A DNA stretch of 60,177 bases, counting the filler, from Squatina squatina (lineage: Eukaryota): assembly GCA_031763465.1 (NCBI GenBank). It is 4 parts of 4 records of this genome, joined end to end, with 100 filler letters (N's around TTAATTAATTAA, not from the genome) between each part and the next. Parts side by side here need not be neighbours in the genome. Positions count along the whole stretch, not along the records: positions 31,531 to 45,608 come from JARFOE010754623.1; 3 more parts are not named here. One strand, 5' to 3'. Each line of letters opens with the position of its first letter. The first letter of the stretch is position 1. This document shows, in pieces, positions 37,123 to 45,708 of this stretch. A model generated the notes under the pieces. That model was not told the origin of the DNA. It saw only the letters and a list, made by a program, of their open reading frames with translations, and did no database searches. The position numbers and the translations under genes are program-made.

Positions 37123-37310
37123 TCTTTCAGCCACGGATCGCTTGGCCCGAAGCAAAGGGCACCTTCGCCCTTAGCACCCAGTCCCAACAGGTCGCTTGGC
37201 CCTTCGAAACTGGTCACAGACCCTGAGCAACCGGTCGTTCCGCCTTGGCAATGGTCCCACGGCCGTGTCAACTGGTCCCATGGCCCGAGGGAACCGGTGC
37301 TGCTGCCTTG

Positions 37311-37550
37311 GAGAGAGGGGGAAGAGAAGGGAAGAGGACGGGGGAGGGGGAGGGAAAGGGGAAGTGAAAGGAGGGGAGGGGAAGGGAAGGGGGAAGGGGA
37401 AAAGGAAGGTGCGGGATGAAGGGGAAAAGTAAGGTGGTGGAAAAGGAAGGTTGGGGTGTATGGGGTGAGGGGGAAATGAGGAAGGGAAGTGGGGAAGAGG
37501 GTGAAAGGGGGAATGAGGGAATGGGGGAAGGGGAACGGAGGGGACAGGGA
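37311..37550 (+). repeat. Polypurine (G/A) low-complexity tract
   Basis: Many GGG/GGGG runs separated by A. Confidence 0.85.
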
Positions 37551-37579
37551 GTCATATTAACAGGCTCGGAAAGCGTGGG

Positions 37580-37745
37580 AGCCGATATTTTTCATCACTC
37601 AACATCCCTGGTCATGGTCACACTGTGTGGGATCTTACTGTGCGCCGCTTTGTTGCTGCGATTCCCAGATCACAGCAGTGAGGACCCTCCGAAAACAGCG
37701 AGGACCCTCCGAAAATAGTGAGGACCCTCTGAAAACAGCGAGGAA
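37580..37745 (+). repeat. Deu-SINE fragment ending in a 20-bp tandem repeat (about 3.5 copies, 37676-37745)
   Basis: TGTGGGATCTTACTGTGCGC is Deu-like; the repeat unit is CAG(T/C)GAGGACCCTCCGAAAA. Confidence 0.7.
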
Positions 37746-37904
37746 CTGCTCCAGTCTCTCCCTGTCTGTGAGGTGCTGGGGGGCATCCAGTGACCGTGAA
37801 AGGCGTGGCAGAAATCCCAGTCATTCTGTCCTTACCAGCAGGTTTCAGGCCGCACCCGTAAGGCGGACGGATATCAGATGGAAAGAAGGAACTCACAATT
37901 ATTT

Positions 37905-38735
37905 CCTGCCTTTCTCGGCCTCAGGACGTCCCTCAGCACTTCACAGCCGGTGGAACACCTTTCAAGTGCCGCCATTTAGTTTTGTGGGAAACACAGCAGC
38001 CGAGTTACGGTCAGCAAAACCCACAAACAGCGATGTGAAAACGGCCAGATCCGCCGTTCAGTGATGTTGTTGAGGGATAAATGTTGGTCAGGACACCGAG
38101 GAGAAATCCCCTGTTCTTCAGATAGTACCATGGGATCTTTCACATCCACCCGAGGGGGCACAGCAGGCTTCGGTTTAACGTCTTATCTAAAACACGACAC
38201 GTCTGTTAGTGCGGCACTCCATTAGTGCTGCCCCTCTGACATTGTGGCACTCCATTAGTGCTGCCCCTCTGACAGTGCAGCACACCATTACTGCTGCCCC
38301 ACTGACAGTGTGGCACTCCATCAGTGCTGCCCCTCTGACAGTGCGGCAGTCCAGTAGTGTTGCCCCTCTGACATAGTGGCACTCCATCAGTGCTGCCCCT
38401 CTCACAGTGTGGCACTCCATCAGTGCTGCCCCTCTGACATTGTGGCACTTGATTAGTGCTGCTCCTCTGACATTGTGGCACTCCATTAGTGCAGCCCCAC
38501 TGACAGTGTGGCAGTCCATTAGTGCTGCCCCTCTGACATTGTGGCACTCCATCAGTTCTGCCCCTCTGACAGTGCAGCACTCCATTACTTCTGCCCCTCT
38601 GACAGTGCAGCACTCCATTAGCTCTGCCGCACTGACAATGCAGCACTCCCTCTGTACTCCAGTGTCGTGTCAGCCTAGATTTTGTGCTCAGCTCTGGAGG
38701 AGGACCTGAACCCAAACCATCTCACTCGGAGGTGA
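37905..38735 (-). mobile_element. Near full-length Deu-type (SacSINE1-like) SINE with an internal 33-bp minisatellite
   Basis: The reverse complement aligns with the SINE at 59177-59510 (GATCCCATGG..CTAT, GGTGTCCTG, CCCTCAA..AACATCACT). The tRNA-like head is at 38690-38735. Confidence 0.8.
38203..38650. repeat. 33-bp minisatellite, about 13 copies
   Basis: Unit CTCTGACATTGTGGCACTCCATTAGTGCTGCCC; it explains the 11-aa repeat ORFs. Confidence 0.95.
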
Positions 38736-38824
38736 AGGAAGAACAGGCAGCCAAAGATCCAGAGAAGATATTTTGGATAAAGATGTAGTCTGCAAGACAC
38801 TGAGAGACTGTACTTGTCAGGGAT

Positions 38825-39475
38825 TCCTTGCTCAGGAAACCAGATCGCTCTACCTCCCTACCAACCTCCCTACCTCGATCCATCCACTGCCTCTGTGTTG
38901 TCAGACTGCTTGTCCTCGATCTAGTCTTGGCTGAGCCACAGTTCCCTCCACTTAAGCATTGGGAAGGCCAAAACCATCATCTTTGGCCCTCAGCACCGAA
39001 TCCCTGGCTCCTGACCAATGTCTCAGGATCAATCCGTTCTCACCCTCGGCGTCTTATTTGATCCTGAGCTGAGTTCATACTTCTGCCACAAAGCCCGCCT
39101 ACTTCCACCTCTGTAACACTGTAATGCCTTCACCCGAAGCTCAGCCCATCTGGTGAAACCACCATCGCCATTGTCACCTCCAGACTCGACTATTCCAATG
39201 TTGACCAATCTGACCTCATTCACACCCTCCATCAACTTCAGTTCATCCAAAACCCTGCTGCCTCGGTCCTGTACCACTCACACATCAGTACTGTCCTTAC
39301 TGACCTGCATTAGTCTCTGGTCCCCCACTGCCTCAAATTAAAAATTCTAATCCTCATGTTTAAATCACTTTGTGCTCTTGGCCCTCTCGATCACCTGCAA
39401 CCACCTACCACGCCAACCTGCCCCCACCCCCGGGAACTCTGTTCCTTTGATTTAGGCCTCTTGTGTATCCTTTCC
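38825..39475 (+). mobile_element. L2 LINE ORF2 remnant, left part (continues at 43147-43356)
   Basis: Decayed LSDCLS.I..W...L..GK, TSRLDYSN and FKILILMFK motifs. Confidence 0.75.
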
Positions 39476-39476
39476 A

Positions 39477-39529
39477 GGGACATCGGAACAAGAGCAGGCC
39501 ATTTAAACCTTGATCCTGTTCCGCTGTTG
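39477..39529 (-). mobile_element. Old CR1 3' tail, left piece (continues at 42817-43146)
   Basis: GGAACAAGAGCAGGCCATTTAAACC...CCTGTTCCGC joins to AATTAGGTCTTGGCTGATCTG, as in the unsplit copy at 58325-58420. Confidence 0.7.
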
Positions 39530-39789
39530 AAACATAGAAACATAGAAAATAGGAGCAGGAGTTGGCCATTCGGCCCTTTGAGTCTGATCCGCCATTCAAT
39601 ATGATCATGGATAGTCCTCTATCTCAGCGTCATAGTTCTGCTTTCTCGCCATATCCCTTGATGTCTTTCGTGTCTAAAAATCTGTCTCTCTCCCTTCTGA
39701 ATACACTCAGTGACCCAGCCCTCTGTGGTAGAGAATTCCACAGGTTCACTACCCTCTGTGAAGAAATTTTTCCTCATCTCAGTCTTAAA
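39530..39789 (-). mobile_element. CR1 LINE (minus) 3' end, left piece (continues at 41545-42816)
   Basis: (ACATAGAA)n tail and 3' UTR; it breaks at CTCAGTCTTAAA. Confidence 0.88.
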
Positions 39790-41539
39790 AAAGAAAGGGC
39801 AGACCAATTGACCAAATAATTTGGTTCTGTCTTCACTAAGGAAGATACAAATAACCTCCCGGAATTACGAGCAGACCGAGGGTCAAGCGAAAAGGAGGAA
39901 ATGAAGGAAATCCTCATTACGCAGGAAATGGTGTTCGGTAAATTGATGGGATTGAAGGCAGATAAACCCCCAGCGCCTGATAGTCTGCATCCCAGAGTAG
40001 TTAAGGAAGTAGCCCCAGAAATAGTGGATGCATTGGTGATCATTTTCCGACATTCTATCGATTCTGGATCAGTTCCTGTGGATTGGAGGGTAGCTAATGT
40101 AACCCCACTTTTTAAAAATGGAGGGTGGCAGAAAACACGGAATTATAATTAGCGTGACAACGGTAGTGGGGAAGATGCTGGAGTTGATTATTAAAGATGT
40201 AATCGCAGCGCATTTGGAAAGCAGTGCCATGATCAGTCAAAGTGAGCATGGATTTATGAAAGGGAAATCATGCTTGACAAATCTTCTGGAATTTTTTGAG
40301 GATGTAACAAGTAGAATATATAAGGGAGAACCAGTGGATGTGGTGTATTTGGACTTTCAGAAAGCTTTTGACAAGGTCCCACAAAAGAGATTATTGTGCA
40401 AAATTAAAGCACATGGTATTGGGGGTAATGTATTGACGTGGATAGAGAACTGGATGTCAGACAGGAAGCAAAGAGTAGGAATAAACGGGTCCTTTTCAGA
40501 ATGGCAGGCAGTGACTAGAGGGGTGCCGCAAGGCTAAGTGCTGGGACCCCAGTTATTTACAATATACATTAATGATTTAGACGAAGGAATTGAATGTAAC
40601 CTCTTCAAGTTTGCGGATAACATGAAGCTGGGTGGCAAGTGTGTGCTGCGAGGAGGATGCTATGAGGCTGCAGGATGACATGGATAGGTTCAGTGAGTGG
40701 GCAGATGCATGGCAGATGCAGTATAATGTTGATAAATGTGAGGTTATCCACTTTGGTGGCAAAAACAGGAAAGCAGATTATTATCTGAATGGTGACAGAT
40801 TCGGCAAAGGGGAGGTGCAACGAGACCTGAGTGTCATTGTACATCAGTCGTTTAAAGTAGGCATGCAGGTACAGCAGTCAGTGAAGAAAGCAAATGGCAT
40901 GTTGGCTTTCACAGCGAGAGGATTTGAGTACAGGAGCAGGGAGGTCCAACTGCAGTTGAACAGGGCCTTGGTGAGGCAACACCTGGAGTATTGTGTGCAG
41001 TTTTGGTCTCCTAATCTGAGGAAGGACATTCGTGCTCTTGACTAAGGGCAGCGAAGGCTCACCAGATTGATTCCCGGGATGGCAGGGCTGACATATGAAG
41101 AAAGAAGAGATCGACTCAGCTTATATTCACTGGAATTTAGAAGAATGAGAGGGAATCTTATAGAAACATTTCAATTCTTAAGGGATTGGATAGGCCAAAT
41201 GCAGAAAGAAAGTTCGTGATTCTGGGGAATTCCAGAACCAGGGGTCACAATTTAAGGATAAGGGGTAATCATTTAGGACCGAGATGAGGAAAAACTTTTT
41301 CACCAGGAGAGTGGTGAACCTGTGGAATGCTCGACCACAGAAAGCTGTTAAGGCCAGTTCATTACCTGTATTCAAAAGGGAGTTAGATGTGGCCCTTATT
41401 GCTAAAGGGATCAGTGGGTATGGAGAGAAAGCTGGTACTGGGTACTGAGTTGCATGATCAGCCATGATCATATGAATGGCAGTGCAGGCTCGAAGGGCCG
41501 AATGGCCTACTCCTGCACCTATTTTCTATGTTTCTATGT
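39790..41539 (+). mobile_element. 5'-truncated CR1/HER1-type LINE; ORF2 RT disrupted by stops and frameshifts
   Basis: PAPDSLHPRVVKE, DWRVANVTPLFK, HGFMKGKSCLTNLLEFFEDVT, YLDFQKAFDKVP, GVPQG* and KFADN motifs; TTCTATGT tail; candidate TSD TTAAA (39785-39789 and 41540-41544). Confidence 0.95.
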
Positions 41540-41544
41540 TTAAA

Positions 41545-42816
41545 TAGCTTACTCCGTACCCTGAGACTGTGTTTCCTGATTCGTGACTCCCGAAGTAGAG
41601 GAATCATCCTCCCTGCATCTCGTCGGTCCAGCCCTGTCACAATTTTATATATTTCAATCAGATCCCCTCTCATTCTTCTAAACTCTAGTGAATACAGGCC
41701 CAGTCGACCCAATCTCTGCTCAAACGACAATCCTGCCATCCCAGCTATCACTCTCGTGAATCTTCTCTGCATTCCTTCTATGGACAGTATATGCTTTCTT
41801 AAGTGGGGAGACCAAAACTGTACGCAAAACTCCAGCTGTGGCCTCACCAAGGCCCTATATAATTGCAGTAAGATATCCTTACTACTTTACTCAAATCCTC
41901 TTGCAATGAAGGACAACATACCTTTTTCCTTCCGAACTGCTGACTGCGCTTGCCTGTTCGCTTTCATTGGCTGGTGTACAATGACACCCGGGTCCCTTTG
42001 CACATCAACATTTCCCAATGTGTCACCATTTAAATAACACTCTGCCTTTCTGTTTTTTGCACCAAAGTGGATAATTTCACATTTATCCATGTTATACTGC
42101 CTCTGCCATGTGTTTGCCCACTCACGTCACTTGTCTAAATCGCCTTGAAGCCTCTTTGTGTCCTCCTCACAACTCACATTTCCCGTCCAGTTTTGTCCTC
42201 AGCAAACTTGGAAATGTTGCATTTGGTTCCCTCATCCAAGTCATGCATATATATATTGTGAATAGCCGGGGCCCAAGCAGTGATCCCTGTGGTACACGAC
42301 CAGTCACCGCCTGCCACCTGGAAATAGACCCATTTATTCCCACTCTCTGTTTCCTGTCCGTTAACCAGTTCTCAATCCATGCCAGTATATTACCCCCAAT
42401 CCCATGTGCTTTAATTTTGCATACTAACCTCTTATGCGTGACTTTATCAAAAGCCTTCTGAAAATCCAAATACACTGCATCCACTGGTTCTCCCTTATCT
42501 GCTCTACTCAAAAAATTCAAGCAGGTTTGTCAAACATGACTTCCCTTTCATAAATCCATGTTGACTTTGTCTGACCCCTTTGATTTTTTCCAAGTGTCCC
42601 GTTATTATATGTTTATAACAGATTTTAGCAATTTCCCACTACTGATGTTCGGCTAACCGGTCTGTAATTCGCTGTTTTCTCTCCATCCTTTTTAAATAAT
42701 GGGGTCACATTTGCCACCCTCCAATCAGCAGGAACTGTCCCAGAATCGATAGAATTTTGGAAGATGACAACCAATGCATCCACTATTTCCATGGCCTCTT
42801 CTTTTCGTACTCTGGG
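41545..42816 (-). mobile_element. CR1 LINE (minus) ORF2 RT remnant
   Basis: DWRVANVTPLFKK, YLDFQKAFDKVTH, VPQGSLLGP and VRPQLEFCVQFWSP motifs in frameshifted minus ORFs. Confidence 0.93.
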
Positions 42817-43146
42817 AATTAGGTCTTGGCTGATCTGTATCTTAACTCCATCTATCCGCCTTAGTTCCATAACCCTTGATACCCTTGCCGAACAAAAATC
42901 TATCAATCTCAGGTTTGAAATTTTCTACTGACCCCAGCCTCAAGGACTTTTTGGGGAGAGTGCTCCAGTTTTCCACTTCCCTTTGTATGAAGAGGTGCTT
43001 TCTGCCATCAGCCCGGAACGTCCTCAGTTAAGCTTATGCCCCACGTTCTCGGCTCGCCCACCAGAGGAAATGGTTTCTCTCCACCTACCCAACAAATCTT
43101 TCGATCATCTCAAAACACCTCAATTATATCACCCCTTTATCTTCTA
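42817..43146 (-). mobile_element. Old CR1 3' region, right piece
   Basis: Colinear with the CR1 3' region at 58390-58745. Confidence 0.75.
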
Positions 43147-43356
43147 TCAGCTGCCAAGGCCCGAAGCTCTAGAATGCCCTCCCTAAACGTCTCTGCCTCT
43201 CTTTCCTCCATTAGGACGCTCTTTAAAACCTTTGGTTGTCTGTGCTAGTATCTCCTTATGAGGCTCGCTGTCAAATTCCGTCTGATAACGCTCCTGTGAA
43301 GCACCTTGGGATGTTTTATTGCATTAAAGGCACCATATAAATACAAGTTGTTGTTT
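43147..43356 (+). mobile_element. L2 LINE 3' end, right part; another L2 3' copy lies at about 43400-43628
   Basis: CAGCTGCCAAGGCCCGAAGCTCTAGAAT...CTGTGAAGCACCTTGGGATG...AAGTTGTTGTT. Confidence 0.8.
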
Positions 43357-43847
43357 TATTCAAGGCAATAGAAGCCTCGTCTCTGCAAAATCACAATTTA
43401 ACCCTTTTCACTTCATTCCCCTCACCATTGGTGGCCATCCCTTCAGCCCCATACTCTGGAATTCCCTTCCTCACTCCTCTGCCTCTCAGCGTCCTCATCA
43501 ATTAATTTCCTCCTTTGAACCTACCTCTTTGACCAAGGTTTTGGTCACCCCTTCCGTTATATTGCTTTGAAGTGCCTTGGGACATTTCACTATCACTAAC
43601 AGTGCGCTCTAAATGTATTCTGTTTGTGGCCAGGCGTTTCAGAAAGACTGTACCAGCAGAATGGTGAACCATCTTCCTGGAACTAGAGCAGGACAGATGG
43701 AGGAAAGGTGAGAATGGAAAATGGGTACAGGAAGAGATTCAGGTGTTAGTCCACATGGAGTAAGTGACATGGGATGTAATACTACAGGGGCCTGAAAATG
43801 CAGTTACCCAAGGATTTTCTCAAAATTCAAAGATAGGAGAGGCAGTC

Positions 43848-45213
43848 TTTTTTTTATTCGGCCCTGGGATGTGGGCCTCGATGGCGAGGCCAGCATTTAT
43901 TGCCCATCCCGAGTTGCCCTTGAGAAGGTGGTGATGAGCCACCTTCTTGAACTGCTGGAGTCGTTGTGGTGAAGGAACCCCCACAGTGCTGTTAGGCAGG
44001 GAGTTCCAGGATTTTGACCCAGTGACGACGAAGGAGTGGCAATAGACATTCAAGTCTGGATTGCGTGTGACTTGGAGGGGAACTTGGAGGTGGTGCTGTT
44101 CCAATGCGTCTGCTGCCCTTGTCCTTCTTGATGTTAGAGGTCGTGGGATTGGGAAGTGCTGCCGAAGAAGCCTTGGCAGATTGCAGCAGTGGATCTTGTA
44201 GATGGTACTCACTGCAGCCACAGTGCGCCGGTGGTGCAGGGAGTGAATGTTTAGGGTGGTAGAAGGGATGCTGATCAAGCAGTCTGCTTTGTCCTGGATG
44301 GTGTCAAGCTTCTTCAGTGTTGTTTGTGCTGCACACATCCAGGCAGGTGGAGAGAATTCCATCACGCCCCTGACTTGTGCCTTGTAGATGGTGGAAAGGC
44401 TTTGGGGCGTGAGGAGGTGAGACACTTGTTGCAGGATACCCAGCCTCTGACCTGCTCTTGTAGCCACTGTGTTCATGTAAATGTCCAGTTAAGTTTCTGG
44501 TCAATGCTGATCCCCAGGATGCTGATGTTGGGGGATTCAGCGACTGTAATGCCACTGAATATCAAGGGGTGATGGTTCGATTCTCGCTTGGTGGAGATCG
44601 TCATTGCCTGGCACTTGTCTGGCGTGAATGTTATTTGCCGCTTATCAGCCCAAGCCTGGATGTTGGCCAGGTCTTGCTGCATGCGAGCATGGAACCCTTC
44701 ATTATCTGAGGAGGTGCCAATTGCACCGAACACTGTGCACTCATCAGCGAACATCCCCACTTCTGACCTTATGATTGAGGGAAGGTCATTGATGAAGCAG
44801 CTGAAGATGGTTGGGCCCAGGACTCTGCCCTGAGGAACTCCTGCAGAAATGTCGTGGGGCTGTGATGAATGACCTCCAACCAGTACAGCCATCTTCCTTT
44901 GTGCTAGGTATGACTCCAGCCAGTGTAGAGTTTTCCCCCAGATTCCCATTGCCTTCCGTTTTACTTGGGCTCCTTGATGCCACATTCGATCAAATGCTGC
45001 CTTGAGGTCAAGGGCAGTCACTTTGACCTCATCTCTGCAATTCAGCTCTTTTGTTCATGTTTGGACCAAGGTTGAAATGAGGTTGGGGGCTGCATTGTCC
45101 TGGCGAAACTCAAACTGGGCACTGGTGAGCAGTTTATTGATGAGCAGGTGTCACTTGATAGCACTGTCAAAGACACCTTCCATTACTTTGCTGATGATTG
45201 CGAGTAGACTAAT
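43848..45213 (-). mobile_element. 5'-truncated CR1-group/jockey-like LINE with a largely open RT
   Basis: ALDLKAAFDRMWHQG, GVPQGRVLGPTIFSCFINDL, MFADE, WADK, YKAQVR..MEFSP and WNSLP motifs in ORFs 44473-45021 and 43820-44476 (one frameshift); poly(A) end. Confidence 0.93.
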
Positions 45214-45246
45214 GATCTATGATACAACAACAACTTGCATTTATAT

Positions 45247-45608
45247 AGGGCCTGAAATTCAATAGCACTTTCGATAGGTAGTTTCAAAAAATATTCGCGC
45301 CTTAATATCGCCTGAAGTCAAAGGCACCATAAAGTTTCAAACTTCGTTTTTTTTTAAAAAGTTCTTTGGCGACGCGAGTTCAGGAGGTGCTAAGTCAGGA
45401 TTTTAGGTGCTCTGTGCACAGGCGACCTGCTGGCTGCAGAGCTGAGGCGCTGACGCACCATTTCATGGCCCTGACTTGACATTGCTGCAAATCACTTCAG
45501 ACACAAGAAATGATTTCCTGTCTGAAGAAGATTGCACCGGAGTGAAGGCAATCACACCAGACTCTCACAACAGTCCTAAGTAGCGGGAAGCAGTGTAAGC
45601 CTTTTTTT
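45247..45608. mobile_element. Harbinger-like MITE left terminus inserted in a SINE/L2 tail
   Basis: Starts GGGGCCTGAAATTC immediately after ACAACAACAACTTGCATTTATATA. Confidence 0.5.
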
Positions 45609-45708
45609 NNNNNNNNNNNNNNNNNNNNNNNNNNNNNNNNNNNNNNNNNNNNTTAATTAATTAANNNNNNNNNNNNNNNNNNNNNNNNNNNNNNNNNNNN
45701 NNNNNNNN
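45609..45708. other. Artificial scaffold linker N44-TTAATTAATTAA-N44
   Basis: 12-mer at 45653-45664. Confidence 0.95.

Noticed and set aside
37030-37718. Gly/Glu/Arg-rich and Pro/Ser-rich ORFs
   Set aside because: Translations of the polypurine low-complexity tract and flanking repeats.
38187-38715. Cys/His-rich repeat protein or CRISPR-like array
   Set aside because: Head-to-tail 33-bp units with no unique spacers, derived from a SINE; there are no cas genes and the context is eukaryotic.
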